A DNA stretch of 64,000 nt, taken from positions 4,342 through 68,341 of the forward strand of contig CAZPXM010000002.1 of the NCBI GenBank assembly GCA_964591015.1, in the 5' to 3' direction. Below are positions 37,924 to 47,252 of this stretch, in pieces. The notes below the pieces were generated by a model. The model was not told where the DNA came from. It worked only from the letters and a program-made list of their open reading frames with translations, and did not search any database. Position numbers and translations under genes: made by a program. Positions within the stretch are counted from its first letter, which is position 1; every line of letters starts with the position of its first letter. The stretch is from an uncultured Gemmatimonadaceae bacterium (GTDB lineage: Bacteria > Latescibacterota > UBA2968 > UBA8231).

Positions 37924-39945
37924 ATGAGAGACCTGTCGTGTGCATGCGAGGCGCTGGCTTCTGTCCTGGCCGCGGCGCTGGCCCTCGGGACTGCAGCGCC
38001 GGCGGCGGCGCAGAGCGAGTACTGGCGTCTGGGCACGGGCGGCCAGTCATGGACCGGCGAAGCCCAGAGCCAGGTGGGCGCGGCCGTCGTGGCGGGGGCG
38101 CTGCAGCCGGTGCAGATCGTGCCGGGCGCCAACCTGACCCAGGTGCTCAAGTCCGGTGGTCAGGTCTGGGTGAACGGCCCGCCGGAGGACTACACGGTCG
38201 GCGGCGCGCCCCGTGCGTGGAGCAACTCCACCGTCTTCAACCTCCAGTCGGGGCCCCTCTTGCTGGTGGACGGCCAGCCGGCGACCTCTTCGGCCTCGGT
38301 GTTCAAGAGCTCGGGCAACCCGGCGGGCACCGCCTTCTTTGTCGACCTCGGCACGAGTTACCCCGTCAACCGCGTGCGCTTCTACCCGCCGCCCGACGAT
38401 CCCGACGCGTACCTGCGGGCCTACGAGGTGACCACGAGCAGCGGCAGCGATTTCGATGCCAGCAACCGGCCGAAGTACCGCCGCTTGCGCCGCGTGGAGA
38501 GCAATCGTGACGCGGTGGTCGATCTGGAGTTCGAGACCGCCATGGTGCGGTTCCTGCAGGTCAAGAATCTGTCGAAGACGCCCTTCAGCCTCGCCGAGAT
38601 CGAGGTGTACGGCGAGGGGTTCGTCCCGGCGTCGTCCTACCTGAGCAAGCTGCACCGGTTCGCGACTCCCGCCAACTTCGGCGTCGTGACCGTGGGCGCC
38701 ACGCGGCTGGGCAGCGGCCTGCGTCCCGGGGCCGACCCCCCTCGCTGCACGGTCCGGCTGCGCACCGGGATGGATGACACGCCGGTGAGCTACTTCCGGC
38801 GCGATCGGGAGACCGGCGAAGAGTCCGAGGTGACGCAGAACGAGTACGAGAAGCTCCTGCCGCGGCTGGCCTACTACCGGGTGAACCCGGCGACCGGCGC
38901 GCTCACCGAGGTCAACTCGCGCGCGGAGTACCTGGCCCTGCCCGCCGACCAGCAGGGTCCGGTGCGCGACTACGTCCAGGGCTCTGTTCGCTCCGATGCC
39001 GCCAACTGGAGCCCGTGGTCAGTGCCCGTGAAGCTGGACAGCACCGGCTCGGTCACGGTGTACCTGGGGCTGCCGGGACCCCGCCAGTACGCGCAGCTGT
39101 GGATCGAGTTCGCGGGGGATTCGGAGAACGCCCTGCGGATCGATGGGTTCGCGCTCGAGCACGCCCCGCTGCTGGCGACGGCCAGCGTGGGGGAGGTCGC
39201 GTTGGCCTCGATGCCAGTACCTGCCGCGAGCCTCACGGAAGTCGCGGCGGGCGTCGAGACCACCTTCACCTGCGACGTGCGCGCGACCTTCGAGCAGGCC
39301 GGCCTGAAGGGGTTCGCGGGCGTCCGCGTCGAGTCGTTTCCGGCACCGGTGTTCGAGCGGCTCGAGATGGGCGATCCCCTCGTGCCGGTGGCGCTCCCGG
39401 CCGTCACGCCCACGGCGGCGGGATTCGACGTGCGCTTCGCGGTGGTGGACGGCGCCAGCAACGCGCCGGTCCGCGTGGTCTACCGGCAGGCCGTGGTGCA
39501 GCACACCACGGCGGTGAATGTCTGGCTGCTGGACCCGGCGGGGGGCGTGCCGCAGCCGGTGACCGGCGGCAATGCGCGCAACGATGTGGGCACCAACTCG
39601 CTGCTGGTCTACACCGCCGATCCCAGACCGGCGCTGGGGGTGGAGATCCGGCCAGCGGTGATCACGCCGAATGGTGACGGGGTCCACGATGCCGCGTCCA
39701 TCGAGTACCGGCTCATCCAGTTCGCGGGCGAGGTTCGTCTGGAGGTGGAGGTCTGCGACCTGGCGGGACGCGTGGTGCGGCGGCTGGTGAACGGTCGCTC
39801 GGGATCGGGTAGCTTCGCCGTGACGTGGGACGGATGCTCGAGCGCCGGCCGGAGGGTGGCGCCGGGCAACTACATCTGCCGCGTGCGGGTCGACGCCGAC
39901 GCCCGCTCCTTCACCGCGGCGAGAGTGCTGGGGGTGGCATACTGA
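37924..39945 (+). CDS. Secreted protein, paralogue 1: N-terminal F5/8 type C (discoidin)-like domain and C-terminal FlgD Ig-like (T9SS-CTD-like) domain
   Basis: A signal peptide, a discoidin-like end (FSLAEIEVYGEGF), and a C-terminal ITPNGDGVHD...GRVVRRLVNG...WDGCSSAGRRVAPGNYICRVRV that matches the FlgD_ig pattern. An alternative GTG start at 37912 is possible. Confidence 0.6.
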   Translation: MRDLSCACEALASVLAAALALGTAAPAAAQSEYWRLGTGGQSWTGEAQSQVGAAVVAGALQPVQIVPGANLTQVLKSGGQVWVNGPPEDYTVGGAPRAWSNSTVFNLQSGPLLLVDGQPATSSASVFKSSGNPAGTAFFVDLGTSYPVNRVRFYPPPDDPDAYLRAYEVTTSSGSDFDASNRPKYRRLRRVESNRDAVVDLEFETAMVRFLQVKNLSKTPFSLAEIEVYGEGFVPASSYLSKLHRFATPANFGVVTVGATRLGSGLRPGADPPRCTVRLRTGMDDTPVSYFRRDRETGEESEVTQNEYEKLLPRLAYYRVNPATGALTEVNSRAEYLALPADQQGPVRDYVQGSVRSDAANWSPWSVPVKLDSTGSVTVYLGLPGPRQYAQLWIEFAGDSENALRIDGFALEHAPLLATASVGEVALASMPVPAASLTEVAAGVETTFTCDVRATFEQAGLKGFAGVRVESFPAPVFERLEMGDPLVPVALPAVTPTAAGFDVRFAVVDGASNAPVRVVYRQAVVQHTTAVNVWLLDPAGGVPQPVTGGNARNDVGTNSLLVYTADPRPALGVEIRPAVITPNGDGVHDAASIEYRLIQFAGEVRLEVEVCDLAGRVVRRLVNGRSGSGSFAVTWDGCSSAGRRVAPGNYICRVRVDADARSFTAARVLGVAY

Positions 39946-42035
39946 TGACCGCGTGGACGAGTCCCCGGCGGCAGCCATGGCGCGTCTCGATCGGCATGGC
40001 GTTCGCGGTGCTGGCGCTGGGGCACGGGCTGGCTGCCGGGCAGGCGCCGCCGTCCGAGTGGGTGATCGGCGGGCGGGGAGGGGTGCCGTGGGCCAGCGTG
40101 GCGGAGCGCTGGATAGCGCTGGATGACAGCACGCAGCCGGGCGCGGTGCAGTTGTGGCGGCTCGAGAAGGGACAGAACGTGCTGCGCGAGCGCGTGCGGT
40201 CCGGCGCCACCGTGCCGCGCAACGTTTTCCTCTACAAGTGGTGCACGGCGCGCGGGCGCTACGGGATGGGGATCGACACGCTGCTGATCGGCTGGAACCC
40301 GCGCCTGTGGAATGGCGGCGGGGCCGAGGCCACGGGCACGCGCGAGCTGGTGGACGGCGACGAGTTCACCTACGCGTTCCTGCTGGCGCCGCCGGCCACC
40401 GATCGGCCGAGCGCGATCACCTGGATCACGCTGGATCTGGGCATCCCTCTGGCGCTGGACAGCCTGGTGTTCTTTCCGCCCCAGAACGGCTTCTACAAGG
40501 AGAACGTGCGCTTCCGCGATCTGTACCCGGCCGCGTACGAGGTGAGCCGCACCAACCAGGTGATCGACTGGCTGCTGTTCGAGGACGAGACGGCCGCGAC
40601 TGGGAGCTCCGCCTACCATGCGCTGCCCGAAGTGGTGGCCTCGACCTACTCGAACGACCAGAGCGTGGTCAGCATCAGCATGGTGCCGCGGTTCACCCGT
40701 TTCGTGCGCCTGCGTCTGGGCGGGGTGAAGAGCACGTCGGTGCTGTCGGAGATCAAGGCCTACGGCCAGGGCTTCGCACAGGAGGGGCGTTTCCTGTCCA
40801 AGCCGCACTGGTTCGGGCGAGCGGTCAGCCTGGGCGACGTCAAGTGGAGCTTCCGCAAGTTCCGGCTGGGAGCCGACGGACGGCTCGTCGAGGATCCGAC
40901 CGCGCCGGTCAGGCTGACGCTGCGGACGCGCGCGGGCACCGACGCGGATCCCAATGCGTACTACGTGTACGACGAACTGGGACGTCAGGTACGCGTGGAA
41001 GCGGCCGAGTACTACAAGGCCTTCGCGCCGCGCGCAGCGTACGAGGAGGGCCTGCCCGGCTTCCGCGCCGCGCTGACCGACGACGTGGGCCACTGGAACG
41101 AGTGGTCCATCGCGTACCAGAATCCGGGCGACGCGAACCGTTCCTCGGATGGCCGGGAGTACTTCCAGTTCCAGTTCCAGATCGCCACCGACGATCCCTA
41201 TGCGGTCGGCGTGCTGGACAGCCTGTCCTTCCAGGTCTCGCCGCTGCTCGCGGACAGCGTGGTCGCCGAGGTCTCTTTGGCCGGCAGCAGTGGCAGCGAG
41301 CCGCGGAGCGAGGTGCGGCTCGGGCAGGATACCGTCTTCGTATTCGACATGCGGGCCGTATTCGCCGCCGCCGGGCGCCCTGGCTTCGATGCGATCGCGC
41401 TGCACGTTCCTGCTGGCACCCAGTTCCTGGATCTGGAGGTGAACGGCGTGCCGGCGATCGCGGGCCAGGACTTCACGCTGGCGTACGCGGCGGACGAGGG
41501 GCTGATGCGGTTCGCGTTCCCCGCACCGTTTCTGAGCGACACTGCGTTCCGGTTCCGGTACCGATGTGCCTTGTACAGCCCCTCCGTGTACCTCGGTGGG
41601 GAAGTGGAGAACCGGAGCGGCGGCGGCACGCTGCTGCCCCAGGCGATCGAGGCGGGCAATGCCCGGAACGACGTGGCCACCAACAGCACGCAGGTGGTGG
41701 CGGCGGCCAGGCGCGTGGAGGTCCTCGGTGACGTCGAGGTGAATCCTGCGGCGTTCACGCCCAATGGCGATGGGGTCAACGACCGGATCCAGGTGATCGT
41801 CCCCGTCTTCGGCGTGCAGTCGGCACGGGTCGAGGTGCTGGTCCGCGATCTGCACGGCCGCCGGGTGGCCATGCTGCGCGACGGCTCGGTAGGCGCCGGC
41901 AGACTGGCACTCGCCTGGGACGGGCGCGGCGATGGTGGCGGCCGCGTGGCGCCGGGGGTCTACCTGATAAGTGCCAAGCTGGATGTCGACCGCGACACCT
42001 ACGTGAAGATCCGGCCGGTGGCGGTGGCATTCTGA
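39945..42035 (+). CDS. Secreted protein, paralogue 2 (discoidin-like N-terminus, FlgD Ig-like C-terminus)
   Basis: The ATG overlaps the upstream stop (TGATGA). It has a signal peptide, SEIKAYGQGF, GNARNDVATNS (shared with paralogue 1), and the C-terminal FTPNGDGVNDRIQV...GRRVAMLRDG...WDGRGDGGGRVAPGVYLI. Confidence 0.6.
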   Translation: MTAWTSPRRQPWRVSIGMAFAVLALGHGLAAGQAPPSEWVIGGRGGVPWASVAERWIALDDSTQPGAVQLWRLEKGQNVLRERVRSGATVPRNVFLYKWCTARGRYGMGIDTLLIGWNPRLWNGGGAEATGTRELVDGDEFTYAFLLAPPATDRPSAITWITLDLGIPLALDSLVFFPPQNGFYKENVRFRDLYPAAYEVSRTNQVIDWLLFEDETAATGSSAYHALPEVVASTYSNDQSVVSISMVPRFTRFVRLRLGGVKSTSVLSEIKAYGQGFAQEGRFLSKPHWFGRAVSLGDVKWSFRKFRLGADGRLVEDPTAPVRLTLRTRAGTDADPNAYYVYDELGRQVRVEAAEYYKAFAPRAAYEEGLPGFRAALTDDVGHWNEWSIAYQNPGDANRSSDGREYFQFQFQIATDDPYAVGVLDSLSFQVSPLLADSVVAEVSLAGSSGSEPRSEVRLGQDTVFVFDMRAVFAAAGRPGFDAIALHVPAGTQFLDLEVNGVPAIAGQDFTLAYAADEGLMRFAFPAPFLSDTAFRFRYRCALYSPSVYLGGEVENRSGGGTLLPQAIEAGNARNDVATNSTQVVAAARRVEVLGDVEVNPAAFTPNGDGVNDRIQVIVPVFGVQSARVEVLVRDLHGRRVAMLRDGSVGAGRLALAWDGRGDGGGRVAPGVYLISAKLDVDRDTYVKIRPVAVAF

Positions 42036-42046
42036 GGGCGGACCGA

Positions 42047-44467
42047 ATGAACACGGAACGACGAGTCGCTGGGCTTGGGCGTACGCTCCGCGCCTTGCTG
42101 ATTCTGGGCGCGGTGGGGGCAGGCGCAGCCGCAGCCGAGGAGCTGCGGACATTCGGGCCGGCGGAGATGGCTGCCTGGGACTACCCGCGCGGGCTGGTGG
42201 ACGTGGACAGCGGCGGGGTGCGTGTGCGGCCGTTCACCGGGCCGTACAACGCGATGACCGATGCGGACAGGTACAGGTCGGTTGTCATCGGGGAGCATGG
42301 CAAGCAGAGGTTCCGCAGCGCGTCGAACGCGGCCACCGCGCCGCTGCTGGGCGACCAGAACCTGTCGACCTGGTGGCGGCCGGACCCGACGGATCCGGTG
42401 ACTCGGTGGTGGGTGGAGATCGATCTGGGCCGTTGCGTCGTGGCGAGCCGGATCCGGGTGATCTTCCCGGATACGCTGGACGTGCGACCGTTCCAGTTCT
42501 TCTCGCTCTACGTCAGCCCGGGAATCTCCGTGCAGACGGCCCCCGACCAGATCCGCTACACGCGCGTCGGACGGCCGGTGAACAACAACGCCAGGCGGGT
42601 GATCGACTTCGACCTGCGGACGGTGGACCCCGCGGTGGCCACGGGCCAGTACCTGGTCACGGGAGACACCCTCGACTTCGATCTGGTGCGCTTCGTGCGC
42701 TTCGAGGCGGGCGGCGTGACGGCGGGCGCCGCGGTGGCGGAGATCGAGGTCGAGACCGTGGGGATCAACATCGCCACGCGGGTGACCACTGCCGACAAGG
42801 CGGAGAGAGGTTTCGAGCTGTGGGGGGGCAGCACCTGGACTTCGGGTGAGTGGGTGTGCAATCCCTGCGGCCGGGGCACGGGGGCCGAGGGCATCATCGA
42901 CGGAGACATGGACGGCCGCTACTGGACGATCGAGGCCAACAACCTCCCGGACTGGCGGACGCTGGGCAACTGGGGCGTGATCGACATGCGCCACATCTTC
43001 CGCCTCAGCCGGATGGTGTGGGTGCCGAACGTCCTGGACGAGAGCCCCTACCTGTACTGCTGCGACCGCCAGCGCCAGGGGGGCTGGCGCGACGTCGAGT
43101 TCCTCGTCTCCGACGGTTCGCCGAGCAATCTGACGGTCGCCGACGCCGAGGGCCCGTTCGAGTACAAGCTGCTCAGCAAGATCATCAACAACACCGCGCC
43201 GTTGCGCTGGCTGTTCGATCTGGAACTGCCGTCCACCGAGGCCCGCCTCATCTTCTGGCGGCGCATGGACGTCACCGGCAGCTCGTCGTGGCATCGTGCG
43301 GCCCAGCTCTTCATCTTCCCGGCTCTGGGCTACCCCAAGGAGGTGGTCATCGAGTCTGGCGACATCGACCTGGGTGGGGCGTACAGCGTCCGGCAGGTCC
43401 GCTGGGACGCGGACATGCCGCCCGGGACCCGGATCCACGTGGAGACGCAGACGGGCAACGGGTACGTGACCGTCGAGCGGTACTATCTGGCCAATGGCGT
43501 CGAGGTCACCAAGGCCGAGTGGGAGGCAGCCAAGCCACGGCAGCGGGGTGCGGTCGTGCAGGATGTCGTGCGCGACGGGAGCTGGAGCCGGTGGAGCCTG
43601 CCGCACATGTACTCCGGCCAGGAGTTCCTGTCGCCCACGCCCCGTCGCTGGGTGCGGCTGCTGGTGCGGCTGATCAGCGACGATCCCGCCGTGATGCCGG
43701 TGCTGCGCTCGCTGACGTTCGTCATGAACAGCCCGGTGATCGCCAGGGGGGTCAGCGGCCGGTTGGAGCCGCGGCTGGCCGCCCTCGATACGCTGCAGAG
43801 CTTCCGCTATACGCTCTGGCCGAACGAATTCACGGCGAGCGACGCGGGCCTCGATCGCGTGATCATCAAGGTGCCGCCGGCCGCGACGGACACCGACTTG
43901 CTGCGCGTCATCGTGGGTGGCCGCGAGGTGGCAGCCACTGGGCAATTGCGCGGCGATTCGCTGGTCGTGTCCCTGCCGGCGCCGGCGGTGCGCCGGGATA
44001 CCGTGGTGGTCGAGTTCCGCTCGCGGGTGTACCGCAGCCCGACCGTATTCGACGCGTTCGTGTCCAACTCGGCGCAGGCGGACAATGTCCAGGGCGTGAC
44101 GGCCGCAGCGCTCGGCCTCGACCAGGTGTTCGTGCCGCAAGTCGAGCAGGTCGCGTCGCTGTTCCAGAACGTGACGCACACGACGGTGTTCACGCCCAAC
44201 GGCGATGGCACCAACGATGTGTGCGAGCTGTCGTTCAACACGGTGAACACCGCCAGGGAGCCGGTCGTCCGCGTCCTCGCGCTCACCGGGGAGGAGGTGA
44301 GCGTGCTGGTCAACAGCGGCAGCGTCGTCGGCCGGGCGCGGTACTGCTGGAACGGCGAGAGCCGCGCTGGCGGGCTGGTGCCGCCGGGCATCTACCTGAT
44401 CCGGATGGAGATCAGCACCGACGCGGGCGAGCAAGCGGCAACCCGGCTCGTCCACGTGGTCTACTAG
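42047..44467 (+). CDS. Secreted protein, paralogue 3 (clear F5/8 type C-like N-terminal domain, FlgD Ig-like C-terminus)
   Basis: A signal peptide, then DQNLSTWWRPD...RWWVEIDLG...ASRIRVIFP (discoidin signature), and the C-terminal FTPNGDGTNDVCEL...GEEVSVLVNS...WNGESRAGGLVPPGIYLIRMEI. Confidence 0.6.
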   Translation: MNTERRVAGLGRTLRALLILGAVGAGAAAAEELRTFGPAEMAAWDYPRGLVDVDSGGVRVRPFTGPYNAMTDADRYRSVVIGEHGKQRFRSASNAATAPLLGDQNLSTWWRPDPTDPVTRWWVEIDLGRCVVASRIRVIFPDTLDVRPFQFFSLYVSPGISVQTAPDQIRYTRVGRPVNNNARRVIDFDLRTVDPAVATGQYLVTGDTLDFDLVRFVRFEAGGVTAGAAVAEIEVETVGINIATRVTTADKAERGFELWGGSTWTSGEWVCNPCGRGTGAEGIIDGDMDGRYWTIEANNLPDWRTLGNWGVIDMRHIFRLSRMVWVPNVLDESPYLYCCDRQRQGGWRDVEFLVSDGSPSNLTVADAEGPFEYKLLSKIINNTAPLRWLFDLELPSTEARLIFWRRMDVTGSSSWHRAAQLFIFPALGYPKEVVIESGDIDLGGAYSVRQVRWDADMPPGTRIHVETQTGNGYVTVERYYLANGVEVTKAEWEAAKPRQRGAVVQDVVRDGSWSRWSLPHMYSGQEFLSPTPRRWVRLLVRLISDDPAVMPVLRSLTFVMNSPVIARGVSGRLEPRLAALDTLQSFRYTLWPNEFTASDAGLDRVIIKVPPAATDTDLLRVIVGGREVAATGQLRGDSLVVSLPAPAVRRDTVVVEFRSRVYRSPTVFDAFVSNSAQADNVQGVTAAALGLDQVFVPQVEQVASLFQNVTHTTVFTPNGDGTNDVCELSFNTVNTAREPVVRVLALTGEEVSVLVNSGSVVGRARYCWNGESRAGGLVPPGIYLIRMEISTDAGEQAATRLVHVVY

Positions 44468-44490
44468 CAGCCTAACTGGGGGATGGATAC

Positions 44491-47139
44491 GTGAAACGCC
44501 GAAACCTGGTTCCGCTCTATGGCTTGGCCCTCGCCCTCCAGATGGCTTCCGCCGGGGCCTACGGGCAGGCAATGACGGGGTTCCAGAACCCGTACTATAC
44601 GACGGGCACGCGCATCGCGCCCTCGACCCTGGTGCCGACGCTGCGCAAGTGGTACCTGCCCCAGCGCCTCTACTCGCTCTACGCCTGGCGGCCCGAGGAG
44701 TACACGAACTACGCGCGGGAGCTGTATCAGACCTACAACCCGGTCGCGCTCGAGGGCGCTCCGTACTATGACCAGTACGGCGCCTATATCACGCGCGGCT
44801 GGGAGATCTACAACTGGACCGAGAGCTATCCGGAGAGCTACGGATCCAACATCTTCAAGGATCCTCGCTTCAGCTCGTGGTTCCGCAACCTGGTGATCGC
44901 CTCGAGCCACGCAGGGGAGTACCACACCGCGCTGATGGCTGGCGACGGCATCCGCACGTCGTTGACGCCGCTGACCTTCTCCAAGCCGCGCTTCGATGGC
45001 GTGCAGTGGGACTTCCTGTCGGACAAGTACGCGGTGACGCTGCTCGGCTCGCGCGCCAATCACACCGGCGACGTGGCCAACAACTCCGGCGATCCGCCCA
45101 TCTCGACCGATCCGTTCACCAACCTGTACGCGATGCGGACCGAGGCGCAGGTGGGCGATTTCGCGCGGGTGGGCTTCACCTTCGTCAACGCCGCCCACCG
45201 CAGCACGAACCTGTCGTTCGGCGAGAATTCCCTGAAGGGCGTGCTGGCGGGTCCGCTGAACACCGACTTCGTGCGCACGATCAGCGTGCGGATCGCCGAC
45301 GATTCGCCCGAGGACGGGATCGGCGGGGCGCTGCTGTCCCGGTGGCGCATCTTCGTCAACGGCGTGGAGCACACGGACGACATCCAGCCCACCATCGAAG
45401 GCGGTCTGCGGCAGCGCGGCGTGTACGAAGCGAGCGGCGCCGACGTGGTGACGCTCACCTTCAACCTGGAGCAGTTCCGGCCCAGCGTCGAGGATCAGAT
45501 CGACGACTTCCGGCAGATCGAGTCGGTGGAGATCGGCCTGGTCCTGGCCAACGACTACGCGGTGAGCATCACCTCGAACAAGCAGACCAACATGCTGGGC
45601 ACACCGGTGTACCTCCCGGTGCTGCGCGCGGCGGGCAACGTCAAGGACGGCTCCAACCAGACCTACCACCAGTTCCGCTACGGCCTGCCGACCGGCAATC
45701 GGCTGATGGGGTTCAGCCTCGACGTGGCGGATGTGGCGGGGTTCAGCCTGCGCGGCGAGGCGGTGCGCAACTACCAGTACCGGCGTTTCCCCAACGAGAA
45801 CATCGAGACGGGGCAGGCGCTGGCGACCACGACGGCGGACGCCTACTACCTCACGGCCCAGAAGATGGCCTATCCCTGGAACCTGTTCGGCGAGATCTTC
45901 CGCATCGACCACGACTACAGCACGAGGGCCTTCATACCCACCTCCAACGGCGAGGTGTTCTACGACAACGAGAGCCAGTGCGTTTACGAGTTCGTGGACG
46001 ACAACGACGACCAGGACGAGCTGGCGGACTGGACCCGCAAGTATCAGGGCCCGGTGACGAACACGCGGTTCGGCAGGAACCTGCGGACGGATGACGCCGT
46101 CTTCCCGGGACTGGACGAGGACAACGACGACATCTCCGACTTCAACCGTAACTTCAACCAGACACCGGACTATGCCGAGCCGTTCCTGCGGTTCGAGGTC
46201 GATCCCCCGGCGTTCCTGTTCGGGATGGACATGAACAACAACACGGTGATCGACCGGTTCGAGGACGACACGGAGGCGGACTACCCGTACCAGCGCGGTC
46301 GGTCGGGCTACAACTTCTACGGCGGCGTGGAGATCTTCCCGGGCTCGGACCTGATCGCGGGTCGGTTCTCGACCAGGCAGCTGCGCACCAACCGCGATGC
46401 CCTGGGTCATTACCTGCTGTGGACGATGCGCAAGGAATTCCCCGAGCGGGACCTGGACCTGTGGTTCATCCTGCACCCGCGCAAGGTGCAGGACAACATC
46501 CCCGACGATGTGCTGGTATGGACTCAGGAGGAGGGCTCGACGGGCGGCTCGACGTTGGTGCGCGATCCGCTGGTGGGCGAGGATGCCTTCGTCAACACCG
46601 CCTACTTCGAACTGCGCTACGATCGGTTCCTGCCGCTGGTGGCCAAGGTGAAGCACGAGATCTACCACCAGTACCAGGACGATCCGACCCGCCGCGATCA
46701 GGAGTTCCTGGGGATCATCACCAAGGGGGAGTACCCCTTGCAGGTGCGCGGCTGGAAGCTGCAGCCGCGCTGGAAGCAGCAGTACGCCAGCCAGGTGCCC
46801 TGCCTGCGCGAGCAGTTCAGGACCCAGGAGCTGACGGAGATCCTCAGTTTCATGGTCAGCCGCCGCCTGACGCAGAACATCCTGGTCACCGCTGGCGGCG
46901 AGTACGAGATCTTCGAGAACGTGCGCAGGAAGCCCGATCCGGTGCCCTCGGGATGGGCGGAGGACTCCAACACCCGGACCATCGCGGCGCAGGTGTCCAA
47001 CGTCTCGCCCTACTCGGGCTACGGCATCACGACCAACGTCGGGTTCCAGTGGAGCCGGGTCAAGGTGCACGGAGGCTCCGCGGCGTCCGAGTTGTTCTCC
47101 TTCATCACGGTGTACGCGGGACTGGGCACGGACCGCTGA
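44491..47139 (+). CDS. Large (882 aa) secreted protein, probable outer-membrane beta-barrel, unknown function
   Basis: A signal peptide (MKRRNLVPLYGLALALQMASAGAYGQ), abundant amphipathic beta-strand-like segments, an Asp/Asn-rich central region, and a C-terminal ...ELFSFITVYAGL. It lies 24 nt after paralogue 3. Confidence 0.45.
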   Translation: MKRRNLVPLYGLALALQMASAGAYGQAMTGFQNPYYTTGTRIAPSTLVPTLRKWYLPQRLYSLYAWRPEEYTNYARELYQTYNPVALEGAPYYDQYGAYITRGWEIYNWTESYPESYGSNIFKDPRFSSWFRNLVIASSHAGEYHTALMAGDGIRTSLTPLTFSKPRFDGVQWDFLSDKYAVTLLGSRANHTGDVANNSGDPPISTDPFTNLYAMRTEAQVGDFARVGFTFVNAAHRSTNLSFGENSLKGVLAGPLNTDFVRTISVRIADDSPEDGIGGALLSRWRIFVNGVEHTDDIQPTIEGGLRQRGVYEASGADVVTLTFNLEQFRPSVEDQIDDFRQIESVEIGLVLANDYAVSITSNKQTNMLGTPVYLPVLRAAGNVKDGSNQTYHQFRYGLPTGNRLMGFSLDVADVAGFSLRGEAVRNYQYRRFPNENIETGQALATTTADAYYLTAQKMAYPWNLFGEIFRIDHDYSTRAFIPTSNGEVFYDNESQCVYEFVDDNDDQDELADWTRKYQGPVTNTRFGRNLRTDDAVFPGLDEDNDDISDFNRNFNQTPDYAEPFLRFEVDPPAFLFGMDMNNNTVIDRFEDDTEADYPYQRGRSGYNFYGGVEIFPGSDLIAGRFSTRQLRTNRDALGHYLLWTMRKEFPERDLDLWFILHPRKVQDNIPDDVLVWTQEEGSTGGSTLVRDPLVGEDAFVNTAYFELRYDRFLPLVAKVKHEIYHQYQDDPTRRDQEFLGIITKGEYPLQVRGWKLQPRWKQQYASQVPCLREQFRTQELTEILSFMVSRRLTQNILVTAGGEYEIFENVRRKPDPVPSGWAEDSNTRTIAAQVSNVSPYSGYGITTNVGFQWSRVKVHGGSAASELFSFITVYAGLGTDR

Positions 47140-47175
47140 GCCCGGCGTCGCCGGGACGGGTGTAGGTCTGGACGC

Positions 47176-47204
47176 GGGCTGGCGGCCTCCGGGGCCGCCA
47201 GCCC
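47176..47204. terminator. GC hairpin (12-bp perfect stem GGGCTGGCGGCC/GGCCGCCAGCCC, 5-nt loop) between the convergent OMP gene and the SurA-like gene; candidate bidirectional terminator
   Basis: A perfect inverted repeat in a 113-bp convergent gap. A second shorter palindrome (CCCGGCG.CGCCGGG) lies at about 47142-47156. Confidence 0.35.
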
Positions 47205-47252
47205 GCTGTCGTCGTGGGGTGCCTGACGGGGGTGACGCGCCTGCCGGCGCGG

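Noticed and set aside
39870-47070. Long minus-strand ORFs (39870-42152, 41999-44572, 44464-47070) antisense to the surface-protein locus
   Set aside because: Their products are low-complexity Arg/Gly/His-rich translations without motifs. The plus-strand genes have signal peptides and conserved paralogous domains.
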